Source of the DNA: Macrostomum lignano
Lineage: Eukaryota
Direction of reading: 5' to 3'
Length of the DNA stretch: 64,000 nt
NCBI GenBank assembly: GCA_002269645.1
Contig: NIVC01000171.1
Coordinates: 1-64,000 of the forward strand
Shown here: in pieces, positions 12,573 to 23,292 of the stretch
Layout of the letters: each line of letters begins with the position of its first letter
How positions within the stretch are numbered: position 1 is the stretch's first letter
Translations under genes and position numbers: made by a program
The notes under the pieces: generated by a model
The model's input: only the letters and a program-made list of their open reading frames with translations
What the model was told of the DNA's origin: nothing
Database searches by the model: none

Positions 12573-12784
12573 TGTAATTGCCTCGCAATATTATTATCAA
12601 TTTGTTCTAAATAGGCAAGTGAGTTATATTATAAATGTACATCTTGTGTCGCATGAGTCATGTACGCCGTATTATTGATTTGTACGCGTAAAACCTCAAA
12701 TATATATATATCGCTAACTGGCCAGTTTGGGCCCCGTAATTTATTTTTCTCGCTCAGCTTAACACGCGGCCTTCAGACTTTACA
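12573..12784 (+). repeat. 5' LTR (212 bp)
   Basis: Direct repeat of 16955-17166 with TG...CA ends. Confidence 0.97.
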
Positions 12785-12821
12785 GTGGCGTCGCAAGCAA
12801 GCCCACTTGGTCCAGTCACTC

Positions 12822-15800
12822 ATGGCTCAATTCATCTCACTGCCACCCCCTGAGCAATTCAGCACTAGTGCAGATCAACAGAATGCCGGTAAACGCTGGA
12901 ACAAATGGTCCGATCATTTTTGTGACTTTATCGAAGCGTCAGGCATCAAAGACGAAACTCAGAAGTGCAAGCTCCTGGCCTACACGGCCGGCAGAGAAAT
13001 CGCGCAAATCATTAAAGACCTGCCAGATGACAAGAAAGACAGCCTCGAAACTCTGCTCGCAGCAATAAAAGAGCACTTCAAGGAGCGCAACAACATCGTA
13101 TTTGCCCGCTATCAGTTTCGTCTATGCGTTCAGCAAACCGGAGAGCCAGTGGACTCCTGGTACTCCCGACTCAACTCAGCGGCCGAGACATGCGAGTTCT
13201 CAGCACTCAAGGACTCCCTAATCAGAGATCAGATAGTGGCGACATGCTGCTCCGATAAACTTCGGCGAAGATTGCTGCAGGAGTCCAACATCTCTCTCGG
13301 CGATGCGTTGAGACAAGCGCGCGCGTTTGAAGCAGCAGAAGAGCAGGCCACGGCCATTGAGAACTCCAGTAGCATCGCAGCAGTGCACAGAGCGGCACCG
13401 AAGCAGTTCAGAGACAGCGGAACGCGCCCGAACAGTCAGCGGGTCCCTGGTGGCCAAGCAAACAGCGGCCCAACCAGCTGCTATCGATGCGGCGAACGCG
13501 GGCACAGCTCATGCAACGCGGCAAAAGGCAAAACCTGCCTGGCATGCGGCAAGCCAAACCATCTCGCCAAAGCATGCAGACAACGCAGGCCTCAAACAAG
13601 CTCCAGCATCAACGCCGTAGCGGACAAAGAAGCTGAGGCGGTCTTCATCGATCACGATTCGCTAAATGAGGAGGCCTTCACTATCCAGTCGCAAAAAACG
13701 GCACCCAGACGCAACTCCGCCAACACTAATCTGAGGATCGAGGGCAAGGACTTCATCGTACTCGTGGATAGTGGAGCCAGCTGCAACGTCATGAGCGAGG
13801 AGAACTTCCGGCGGCTAAGAAATGTTCGACTGCGCAGCGCCATCCATCCAATTTTCAGCTACGGGTCCACAACGCCTCTCCAAGTCCTGGGTGTCGCTGA
13901 CCTCAACGTGAGCACCGCAGCTAGCAGACAACTAGCTTCATTCTACATCACCAAAGGCTGTGGAACCACACTACTCGGTCGAGAAACCGCTTTCAACATG
14001 GGAATTCTGCACATCCAACATCCAACAGTTGAAGTCAACTCGGTGCAGACCACGGAAAATCTAGCCGCATCAGGTATTCAAGAGCTGTTCTCCAAGTACA
14101 GAGATGTCGACCAAGATCTTCCAACCGAACTCCGCATCAGCAGCATCCTTGGTGAGTTTAAGTCAATCTTCGAAGGCCTTGGCTGCGTTAAGGGCGTCGA
14201 GGTCGACGTTCGTCTTCGACCAGAAGCTGTCCCAGTCTGTCACCCACCCTCCAGAGTTCCCGTACACCAGCGGTCGGCGGTCATCGCGGAACTTCGGGCT
14301 CTCCTCGACCAAGGAATCATCGAGCGCGTCAACGGCCCGTCACCGTGGGTCTCCCGCATGGTTGTCGTCCCAAAAGAAGGCGGTGGCATCCGCATCTGCC
14401 AAGACCTGCGCGACGTCAACTCATTTGCCGTGCCAGAAAAGCAGCCCATCCCAACCTTTGAGGAGATCACGGACGAAATGGCGGGTTCCACGGTATTCAG
14501 CGAGCTCGACATCGTAAAGGCTTTCCACCAAATTCTTGTCAAACCGGAATCCCGTCACGTCTTCACCTTCAGCACCCCACTGGGTCTCATGCGACTGACC
14601 AGACTCAGCATGGGATTCACCAACGCATCCGAGATATTGCAAAGGGTTATGACAGGCGTCCTGAGCGGCCTTGACGGTGTCCGATGGGCACACGATGACA
14701 TCACCGTCTTTGCGAGCACGATGGAAGAGCACAACATCCGACTAAAACAGTGCTTCAAGCGCCTACAAGACCATGGAATCACACTCAACCCGAACAAGTG
14801 TCGCCTGGCACAGCCTTTCATCGATTTTCTTGGTATGCGCATCAGCGCACGAGGCGTTCAGCCTGCAGCCGAGAAGATCAAGGCCGTCAAAGACTTTAAG
14901 GAGCCAACAAATGTGTCAGAGCTGCGCTCATTCCTCGGTTTGGCCACCTACCTGTCCAGGTTCGTTCCGAACTTCTCAGATCTGACGCAGCCAATGCGAG
15001 AACTGCTAAAAAAAGGTCGTAAATGGTGCTGGTCAGAAAGGCAACAAAAAGCATTCCTGCAAACAAGAGCAGCGATCTGCAATGAGAGCGTCCTGGCCTT
15101 CTTTGACGTGAATCTCCCAACAGAAGTTCATGTGGACGCCTCGCCAGTCGGCCTGGGTGCCATTCTCAGCCAAGTGGATGAGAAAGGCGTTCGCAAACCG
15201 GTCGCCTTCGCCAGCAGGTCGCTCACGCCAGTTGAGCAGCGATACGCTCAAATTGAACGCGAGGCGCTTGCGGTGAAATTCGGGTGCCTACGTTTCGAGC
15301 ACTACCTCAGCGGCTGCCCAGATCTCACAGTCATCACGGATCACCGCCCATTAGTCCCGCTTTTTCAACCTGGTTCCAGGCCTCCACCAAGGATTGAACG
15401 GATGGCTTTAAGAGTGCAGCACCTCAAATTCAAGCTCATCTATCAGCCGGGGCCACAGAATCCAGCGGATGTCCTCAGTAGACAACCTGAAATGCAGACA
15501 AAGGACAACCCCGGGGAACTCCTGGACAGACGCTTCATCAACGCAGTCGCCATCGGCTCTACTCCGAAAGGACTGAACTTTGCAACAATTCAGGAGGCTT
15601 CAAAGTCAGACGGCACGATCCAAGCAGCTCTATCAGCTCTACGAACTGGCCAATGGGACAAGCAGAACAGAAATCTTCGAGCTTTGTCCTGCCTGCAGCA
15701 GGAGCTTTCAGAACATGACGGCGTGCTACTACGGAGCTCGTTGATCGTGATCCCGAGCAGCTTACGTCGGACGGTGCTCCAGCTGGCACATGCAGGCCAC

Positions 15801-16832
15801 CAATGCTGCCGAAAAACTATGGACAGACTGCAAACCAAAGTATGGTGGCCAGCGATGAGAAGCGACTGCCAGACGTTCGTCCAGTCTTGCTTCCCCTGCC
15901 AAGCGACATCGCCGAAGAGCCTCGCACCGCCACCACTCTCACCGTCGCAACTTCCGGACGGAGCATGGCTGGTTCTTGGAATGGACTTTTACGGCCCAGT
16001 CCAAGGGAAAATGCTTCTGGTGACAACCGATCTCTTTTCAAAATTTCCCGAGGTCGACATAGTCAGCTCAACATCAGCAGAGGCAGTGCTTCCGCATCTC
16101 CGGACTCTGTTTAGCAGATACGGCATCCCGTTGGAAATCGTCAGCGACAATGGACCTCCGTTTAACTCGGCAGAATTCACAAACTTCCTCTCAGAGTTCG
16201 GCATCAAGCATCGCCGGATCTGTCCGCTGCACCCCGAGGCGAACGGAGCGACCGAGCGAGTCAACAGGTGCATCAACAAGGTCATCAGAGCGGCCATCGC
16301 AGAAGGACGCAACTGGCGCACCGCACTCGACGACTGGCTGCTCGCTCATCGCGTCACTCCGCACTCGGCAACCGGCGTGGCACCAGCCGAACTGCTCATG
16401 GGCCGAGCTCTCAACGACGGCCTCCCGTCAATCCAACCATCGCAACCTGTGCAGCACGACCGAGCCGAACTCGCAAAGCGTCACGAGGCCTACAACAACC
16501 AGATGGCAGCAGGTTTCAACCGCTCCAGGAGGGCCAAGGCAGCCAATGTCAAGCCGGGTTCGGCGGTTCTCCGCAAGCGGACGAGACGCACGAAAATTCA
16601 AACGCCTTTCGAGCTCGAACCCTGGACCGTCACCGACAGGCGAGGCGATTCCTACGTCCTGCGGCAAGGCGACCGGACATGCACTCGCCACCTGACGCAC
16701 ATCCGGCCTCTGACAGCGACCGAGGACCCACCACCAGAAGCGGACGCTGGCGCCGCCTCGCCGGAGCGCGGCATTGCTGAGAGGCCGCACCCGAGAGCGG
16801 CCAAGGACAAGCCTATCAGCTACAGAGTTTGA
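12822..16832 (+). CDS. Gag-Pol polyprotein, 1336 aa, single uninterrupted ORF
   Basis: First internal ATG at 12822 (the track ORF begins inside the LTR). Two Cys/His knuckles (CYRCGERGH, CLACGKPNHLAKAC), protease LVDSGAS, RT (FSELDIVKAFHQ, WAHDDI), RNase H (VDASPVGLGAIL, EREALA, TDHRPL), integrase HHCC (HAGH..CFPC) and DDE (MDFYGP, SDNGPPF, NGATERVN). Confidence 0.95.
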   Translation: MAQFISLPPPEQFSTSADQQNAGKRWNKWSDHFCDFIEASGIKDETQKCKLLAYTAGREIAQIIKDLPDDKKDSLETLLAAIKEHFKERNNIVFARYQFRLCVQQTGEPVDSWYSRLNSAAETCEFSALKDSLIRDQIVATCCSDKLRRRLLQESNISLGDALRQARAFEAAEEQATAIENSSSIAAVHRAAPKQFRDSGTRPNSQRVPGGQANSGPTSCYRCGERGHSSCNAAKGKTCLACGKPNHLAKACRQRRPQTSSSINAVADKEAEAVFIDHDSLNEEAFTIQSQKTAPRRNSANTNLRIEGKDFIVLVDSGASCNVMSEENFRRLRNVRLRSAIHPIFSYGSTTPLQVLGVADLNVSTAASRQLASFYITKGCGTTLLGRETAFNMGILHIQHPTVEVNSVQTTENLAASGIQELFSKYRDVDQDLPTELRISSILGEFKSIFEGLGCVKGVEVDVRLRPEAVPVCHPPSRVPVHQRSAVIAELRALLDQGIIERVNGPSPWVSRMVVVPKEGGGIRICQDLRDVNSFAVPEKQPIPTFEEITDEMAGSTVFSELDIVKAFHQILVKPESRHVFTFSTPLGLMRLTRLSMGFTNASEILQRVMTGVLSGLDGVRWAHDDITVFASTMEEHNIRLKQCFKRLQDHGITLNPNKCRLAQPFIDFLGMRISARGVQPAAEKIKAVKDFKEPTNVSELRSFLGLATYLSRFVPNFSDLTQPMRELLKKGRKWCWSERQQKAFLQTRAAICNESVLAFFDVNLPTEVHVDASPVGLGAILSQVDEKGVRKPVAFASRSLTPVEQRYAQIEREALAVKFGCLRFEHYLSGCPDLTVITDHRPLVPLFQPGSRPPPRIERMALRVQHLKFKLIYQPGPQNPADVLSRQPEMQTKDNPGELLDRRFINAVAIGSTPKGLNFATIQEASKSDGTIQAALSALRTGQWDKQNRNLRALSCLQQELSEHDGVLLRSSLIVIPSSLRRTVLQLAHAGHQCCRKTMDRLQTKVWWPAMRSDCQTFVQSCFPCQATSPKSLAPPPLSPSQLPDGAWLVLGMDFYGPVQGKMLLVTTDLFSKFPEVDIVSSTSAEAVLPHLRTLFSRYGIPLEIVSDNGPPFNSAEFTNFLSEFGIKHRRICPLHPEANGATERVNRCINKVIRAAIAEGRNWRTALDDWLLAHRVTPHSATGVAPAELLMGRALNDGLPSIQPSQPVQHDRAELAKRHEAYNNQMAAGFNRSRRAKAANVKPGSAVLRKRTRRTKIQTPFELEPWTVTDRRGDSYVLRQGDRTCTRHLTHIRPLTATEDPPPEADAGAASPERGIAERPHPRAAKDKPISYRV

Positions 16833-16954
16833 CGGGTTTTGACGGGTAACTGGTGCTAAGGGCTGAGACAAATGTTTTTTTACCCTTAATGTTTTATTCC
16901 TTTTCCTTATCCTTTTAATCCGCAGTTCTGAGCTTTTTCGTTTTTGGGGAGAAG

Positions 16955-17166
16955 TGTAATTGCCTCGCAATATTATTATCAATTTGTTCTAAATAGGCAA
17001 GTGAGTTATATTATAAATGTACATCTTGTGTCGCATGAGTCATGTACGCCGTATTATTGATTTGTACGCGTAAAACCTCAAATATATATATATCGCTAAC
17101 TGGCCAGTTTGGGCCCCGTAATTTATTTTTCTCGCTCAGCTTAACACGCGGCCTTCAGACTTTACA
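16955..17166 (+). repeat. 3' LTR (212 bp)
   Basis: Direct repeat of 12573-12784, preceded by the PPT. Confidence 0.97.
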
Positions 17167-18097
17167 CTAATTAGGCGCCACTGAGACAGACACCTAATTA
17201 GGCGCCACTGAGACAGACACCTAATCAGGCATCACTGAGACAGACACCTAATCAGGCATCACTGAGACAGACACCTAATCAGGCATCACTGAGACAGACA
17301 CCTAATTAGGCATCACTGAGACAGACACCTAATCAGGCATCACTGAGACAGACACCTAATCAGGCATCACTGAGACAGACACCTAATTAGGCATCACTGA
17401 GACAGACACCTAATCAGGCATCACTGAGACAGACACCTAATCAGGCATCACTGAGACAGACACCTAATTAGGCATCACTGAGACAGACACCTAATTAGGC
17501 ATCACTGAGACAGACACCTAATCAGGCATCACTGAGACAGACACCTAATTAGGCATCACTGAGACAGACACCTAATTAGGCATCACTGAGACAGAAACCT
17601 AATTAGGCGCCACTGAGACAGACACCTAATTAGGCGCCACTGAGACAGACACCTAATCAGGCATCACTGAGACAGACACCTAATTAGGCATCACTGAGAC
17701 AGACACCTAATTAGGCATCACTGAGACAGACACCTAATTAGGCATCACTGAGACAGACACCTAATTAGGCACCACTGAGTGAGACAGATACCTAATTAGG
17801 CACCACTGAGTGAGACAGATACCTAATTAGGCACCACTGAGTGATACAGATACCTAATTAGGCGCCACTGAGACAGACACCTAATTAGGCACCACTGAGT
17901 GAGACAGACACCTAATCAGGCATCACTAAGTCAGACAGACACCTAATTAGGCACCACTGAGTGAGACAGACACCTAATCAGGCATCACTAAGTCAGACAG
18001 ACACCTAATTAGGCACCACTGAGTGAGACAGACACCTAATCAGGCATCACTAAGTCAGACAGACACCTAATTAGGCATCACTCAGACAGGCACCTAA
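17167..18097. repeat. 27-bp minisatellite, right arm (about 34 copies)
   Basis: Same unit as 11352-12572; degenerates (extra GTGA) towards the GPCR acceptor at 18152. Confidence 0.96.
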
Positions 18098-18152
18098 CTT
18101 GGCATCGCTGATCGCTGATCACGTGACTTTCCGCGCCTCTTCGCCCACGCAG

Positions 18153-18534
18153 CTTCCTGGCTATCGTGCACCCGCTGCGCAGCCTGATGTTCCAGTCGCG
18201 CAGTCGCACCGGCCTCTTCATCCTGCTCACTTGGAGTCTGCCGTCCGCATTCTGCCTGGTGCAGGCCTTCCACCCTGCCGCGGTGCCGTTTCACGGCTCC
18301 AGCCGTTACGGCAGCCTGCGCAATCAGCACTGCCTGGACAGCTTCAGCCAGGCCGGCCGCACCGCCTATGTGATGACGTCATTCGCTCTGCTGTTCCTCT
18401 GCCCGCTGGCCGTGGTGATCTTCACCTCTGGTGCCATCATCAGGGCGCTCATGCGGCCGGCGCCTGGCGAAGAGGGCGCCGTTGGCGGAGCGCCCCAGTC
18501 CGGAACTCAGGCCAGGGAGGAGAACAAAAGAAAG
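18153..18534 (+). CDS. Class A GPCR, exon 2 (end of TM3 to ICL3)
   Basis: Acceptor cccacgcag|C completes ER-F (ERFLAIVHPLR). TM4 LFILLTWSLPSAFC, ECL2 Cys (QHCLDSF), TM5 AYVMTSFALLFLCPLAVVIF. Phase-0 donor AAG|GTGGGT. Confidence 0.92.
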
Positions 18535-19572
18535 GTGGGTTCGACTGCGTGGGTTGTTCTTTGTGGGTTAGGCTGTGTGGGTTATTCTTTGCGGGTTTGG
18601 CTGTGTGGGTTATTCTTTGTGGGTTATTCTTTGTGGGTTGGGCTGTGTGGGTTGGTCTGTGTGGGTTTGGCTGTGTGGGTTATTCTTTGTGGGTTGTTCT
18701 TTGTGGGTTGGGCTGTGTGGGTTATTCTTTGTGGGTTTGGCTGTGTGGGTTATTCTTTGTGGGTTGGTCTGTGTGGGTCATTCTTTGTGGGTTTGGCTGT
18801 GTGGGTTTGGCTGTGTGGGTTGGTCTGTGTGGGTTTGGCTGTGTGGGTTATTCTTTGTGGGTTGGGCTGTGTGGGTTGGTCTGTGTGGGTTTGGCTGTGT
18901 GGGTTATTCTTTGTGGGTTTGGCTGTGTGGGTTATTCTTTGCGGGTTTGGCTGTGTGGGTTGGTCTGTGTGGGTTTGGCTGTGTGGGTTATTCTTTGTGG
19001 GTTTGGCTGTGTGGGTTTGGCTGTGTGGGTTTGGCTGTGTGGGTTATTCTTTGCGGGTTTGGCTGTGTGGGTTATTCTTTGTGGGTTATTCTTTGTGGGT
19101 TGGGCTGTGTGGGTTGGTCTGTGTGGGTTTGGCTGTGTGGGTTATTCTTTGTGTGTTGTTCTTTGTGGGTTGGGCTGTGTGGGTTGGTCTGTGTGGGTTT
19201 GGCTGTGTGGGTTATTCTTTGTGGGTTTGGCTGTGTGGGTTATTCTTTGTGGGTTGGTCTGTGTGGGTCATTCTTTGTGGGTTTGGCTGTGTGGGTTTGG
19301 CTGTGTGGGTTATTCTTTGTGGGTTGGGCTGTGTGGGTTGGTCTGTGTGGGTTTGGCTGTGTGGGTTATTCTTTGCGGGTTTGGCTGTGTGGGTTTGGCT
19401 GTGTGGGTTGTTCCTTGTGGGTTTGGCTGTTTGGATTGGGCTGTGTGGGCTGGTCTGTGTTTGTTTGGCTGTGTGGGTTGTTTTTCGTGGGTTGGGCTGT
19501 GTGTATTGTTCTTCGTGGATTGGGCTGCGTGGGCTGGGCTGTGTGGGTTGTTCTTTGTGGGCTGGGCTGTGT
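18535..19572. repeat. Modular TG-rich repeat (GTGGGTTATTCTTT / GTGGGTTTGGCTGT modules)
   Basis: Read directly; starts at the splice donor and produces the spurious W/C/G/V/L-rich ORFs. Confidence 0.93.
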
Positions 19573-20059
19573 TAACCGCTCTTTGTAACACTGTGAGCTG
19601 TAACTTCTTCGAACTCCCGGGCAGTTAATCAGTGAGCATCAATCCTGGCTCAATCTTTGCAGAAACCATTTAAACTGCAGACCAATGAGCTCAATCTCTA
19701 AGACAGCAGATTTGCTGGGTAGAAAGAGATTAGCGACCAGTCGCGCAGACTGACCCCAGAGCTTTGCAAAATTTATTCTTCAATTACTGGAATTCTGCCG
19801 CTCCTCAACCGAAGCAACGGGAGGGCTGGGGTCTGGCCAGATAAGTCAACACTCTGCGCTGGAATGCAGATCCTTGAGGCCGGCTTGAGAGCTTTGTCTA
19901 GAGGAAGGGGCAGTCTGGGCTGAGGGGATTAAGGACACGACTGTTGGTTTTGGGAGTCTCACAACCGGCAGCTGCTTTGGTGAGAGGGAGAGAGAGCTGA
20001 AAGAAGAAATTGTGGACAATGCAGATTTAAGATTGACTGCGAGAGAAATATATTAGAGA

Positions 20060-20615
20060 ATGCAAATGGAGAGGGAGGCAGAGAGAAAGTGAGCGTGAGA
20101 GAAGGGGAGAGAGAGGGAGAAATGGAGATTGGGGGAGAAAGGGAGAGGGAGAAGGAAATAAAGAGAGAGCGGGAGAGAGGGAAAGGGAAAGGGGTAGAGG
20201 AAGAGTGGGAGAGAGCGAAGAGGAGAGGGAGAGACAGGAGAGAGGGGAGAGAGAGAAAGGGGAGAGAGAGAAAGGGGAGAGAGAGAAAGGGGAGAGAGAG
20301 AAAGGGGAGAGAGAGAAAGGGGAGAGAGAGAAAGGGGAGAGAGAGAGAGAGGGGAGAGGGAGAGAGGGAGGGGAGAGAGAGAGGGGGAGAGAGAAGGGAG
20401 GGGAGAGGGAGAGAGAGAGTAGAGAGGGGAGAGAGAGAGAGAGGGGAGAGAGAGGGGAGGGGAGAGGAGAGAGAGAGAGAGAGGGGAGAGGGAGAGAGGG
20501 AGGGGAGAGAGAGAGAGAGAGAGGGGAGAGAGAGGGGAGGGGAGAGGGAGAGAGAGAGTAGAGAGGGGAGAGAGAGAGGGGGGGAGAGGGGAGAGGGGAG
20601 AGAGAGGGAGAGAGC
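20060..20615. repeat. Polypurine (GA-rich) tract including a 15-bp subrepeat GGGGAGAGAGAGAAA
   Basis: Read directly. Confidence 0.9.
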
Positions 20616-21120
20616 TAACAAAGAAAAGAGGGCACAGCAGAAAGCGGGCAATTTAGTAAACCGATGCCTCTCAAGGGGCTGAAGGCTGGGGCAGAATTAA
20701 TCTCAGAGCTGGGCCAGAGTAATTAAAAACACGAGAAGTCCAAGCCAATTGGGACCCCGCGGCCACAGTATCCAGACTCAACTTCAAAGCTCTCCATCCA
20801 CCGCCAGCCAGTCATCTTGAGCAGCAGCTCGTGACGGGCTTGAGTCTTTTTTTTCGCATATTTTTCTGAGAATTCGATGTGCACCGCTCAGCCCCAATAA
20901 TTATCAGTATTCTGTTTTATATTCTGCCGGATTAATTACCTTACTTTCTATTTAATCTCTAGGAAAATTTCCTTTTCGATAATTTCTGTTAATATTGATA
21001 TTATCTCCTAAAGGTTTTCTACATGAAAGTCAATATGAAACTTGTTATTGCAGAAAGACTGTTTTCCATTTTGGAAGTAACGTAGCCAATCATATTTTCA
21101 CTTTGATAAACTTATATCCA

Positions 21121-21518
21121 AGGTAGATTCGAATATCACTCTCAGATAGATTCGAATATCAATCTCAGGTAGATTCGAATATCACTGTCAGGTAGATTCG
21201 AATATCACTCTCAGGTAGATTCGAATATCACTGTCAGGTAGATTCGAATATCATTCTCAGGTAGATTCGAATATCACTGTCAGGTAGATTCGAATATCAT
21301 TCTCAGGTAGATTCGAATATCACTGTCAGGTAGATTCGAATATCCCTTTCATGTAGATTCGAATATCACTGTCAGGTAGATTCGAATATCCCTTTCATGT
21401 AGATTCGAATATCACTCTCAGGTAGATTCGAATATCACTCTCAGGTAGATTCGAATATCACTCTCAGGTAGATTCGAACATCGCTCTCAGGTAGATTCGA
21501 ATATCACTCTCAGGTAGA
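21121..21518. repeat. 23-bp minisatellite AGGTAGATTCGAATATCACTCTC, about 17 copies
   Basis: Read directly; ends about 28 nt before the GPCR exon 3 acceptor. Confidence 0.95.
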
Positions 21519-21547
21519 CTTAACAAAGCTCTTGTTTCCCTACCCAG

Positions 21548-21952
21548 GTGGCCAAGATGATCGTGGTGGTCACCTGTCTCTACCTGGTGTCCTGGGTGCC
21601 CTGGTACTCGGTGAACCTGACCGGCCTATTCTACACCGACTTATTCAACGAGAACTTCACCTTTCTGATGGCCCTGCTGCACCTGGTTGGTTTCGTGAAT
21701 TCCACAGCCAACCCCATCGTGTACTACTTCATGTCGCAGCGGTTCCGCGAGTGCTACCATCGGCTGCTGGCCAGCCTCTGCTGCGGCCGCTGGGACCCGA
21801 CCGCGGCCGCCGCGCCGGCCGCCTCGCTGGCTACTGGCAACGGCGGAGCTCGAATCACCGGGACGACGCCCGGTCGCGTCGAGTCAGTTTCTATGCGACC
21901 GTTGCTAAGCAAATCCTCTCGGCCGATTGTTGCCACGCAGAGCTGCGTGTGA
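21548..21952 (+). CDS. Class A GPCR, exon 3 (TM6, TM7, C-tail)
   Basis: Acceptor ctacccag|GTG. VAKMIVVVTCLYLVSWVPWY (TM6 SWxP), GFVNSTANPIVYYFMSQRFR (NPxxY, helix 8). The spliced CDS is 1167 nt = 388 aa with no frameshift. AATAAA at 21963. Confidence 0.93.
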   Translation: MAKMIVVVTCLYLVSWVPWYSVNLTGLFYTDLFNENFTFLMALLHLVGFVNSTANPIVYYFMSQRFRECYHRLLASLCCGRWDPTAAAAPAASLATGNGGARITGTTPGRVESVSMRPLLSKSSRPIVATQSCV

Positions 21953-22045
21953 GAGGCAATGAAAATAAACAGGTTTTAATTGTGGCAGCTGACACCAATG
22001 TGAACTTCTTCGGTGGTGTAACTGCTCCAGCAATAGAGTGGATTG

Positions 22046-22345
22046 CTAATCTAGCCAATATGGATATAAATAAATATAATGGATTGCTAATCTAGCCAAT
22101 ATGGTTATGAACGAATATAATGGATTGCTAATCTAGCCAATATGGTTATAAACGAATAGAATGGATTGCTAATCTAGCCAACATCGTTATAAATGAATAC
22201 AATGGATTGCTAATCTAGCCAACATCGTTATAAATTAATAGAAATGGATTGCTAATCTAGCCAACATCGTTATAAATGAATACAATGGATTGCTAATCTA
22301 GCCAATATCGTTATAAATGAATAGAAATGGATTGCTAATCTAGTC
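22046..22345. repeat. About 41-43-bp tandem repeat with constant core TGGATTGCTAATCTAGCCAA, 7 copies
   Basis: Read directly; the AT-rich parts are related to each other. Confidence 0.9.
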
Positions 22346-22724
22346 TAAATGAATAAAAACATCAGTTCTACATCGAGAATTTTGATTTCTTCATGCTTAA
22401 TGCTTAGTGTGTTCTGCATTATTTCTCTAAATTAATACTTAATAGCCCTTTCCATCAATGTATTATGCAATGCTTATTAAACATTTCCCGAACCTTGAAC
22501 CTCTTTTTTAAGTTTTGTGCGCATTCCCTGCCCCTGGCATATCGGTCAGTTTAAAACAAATGCTTAAATCTGTTAAAGTTAAACAAATAAATTGTTTAGA
22601 ATGAGAAATGGCATCTGAACTTTTGTTGTCATCATTTATGAATGAATGACCAGCTTTATAGATCGCATCAACGCGGTGTCTTTCATAAAGATAATTATTT
22701 TTGCATGTAGCTCTTCGCATTCTC

Positions 22725-23292
22725 ATGTAGCTCCCTATTACCCTACAATCTCAGGTAGCTCCCTACAGCCCTACAACCCTACAATCTCAGGTAGCTCCCT
22801 ACAGCCCTACAACCCTACAATCTCAGGTAGCTCCCTACAGCCCTACAATCCTACAATCTCAGGTAGCTCCCTACAGCCCTACAACCCTACAATCTCAGGT
22901 AGCTCCCTACAGCCCTACAACCCTACAATCTCAGGTAGCTCCCTATAGCCCTACAACCCTACAATCTCAGGTAGCTCCCTACAACCCTACAACCCTACAA
23001 TCTCAGGTAGCTCCCTACAGCCCTACAACCCTACAATCTCAGGTAGCTCCCTACAGCCCTACAACCCTACAATCTCAGGTAGCTCCCTACAGCCCTACAA
23101 CCCTACAATCTCAGGTAGCTCCCTACAGCCCTACAACCCTACAATCTCAGGTAGCTCCCTACAACCCTACAACCCTACAATCTCAGGTAGCTCCCTACAA
23201 CCCTACAACCCTACAATCTCAGGTAGCTCCCTACAGCCCTACAACCCTACAATCTCAGGTAGCTCCCTACAACCCTACAACCCTACAACCTC
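22725..23292. repeat. 36-bp minisatellite TCTCAGGTAGCTCCCTACAGCCCTACAACCCTACAA, about 15 copies
   Basis: Read directly. Confidence 0.95.

Larger units (their letters stand above)
12573..17166 (+). mobile_element. Full-length Ty3/Gypsy LTR retrotransposon (Mag-like), 4594 bp
   Basis: LTRs 12573-12784 and 16955-17166 (212 bp, TGTAA...TTACA, identical by eye). TSD CTAAT at 12568-12572 and 17167-17171. PBS-like TGGCGTCGC at 12786; polypurine tract GGGGAGAAG at 16946-16954. Domain order PR-RT-RH-INT. Confidence 0.97.

Noticed and set aside
12660-12821. N-terminal 54 aa of the 1390-aa track ORF
   Set aside because: This lies within the 5' LTR and PBS; the Gag-like sequence begins at ATG 12822.
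18535-19628. 337-509-aa Trp/Cys/Gly/Val-rich membrane-like ORFs
   Set aside because: They run through the TG-rich intronic array after the true GPCR donor at 18535; several frames are open simply because the repeat has no stops.
19959-20682. E/R/G-rich and L/S/P-rich ORFs over the GA tract (also 29068-29452 and 52196-54480)
   Set aside because: Translations of purine/pyrimidine low-complexity DNA with no domain content.
22046-22345. CRISPR-like constant 20-mer with variable spacers
   Set aside because: The spacers are clearly homologous to each other, the context is eukaryotic and there are no cas genes; it is a diverged tandem repeat.
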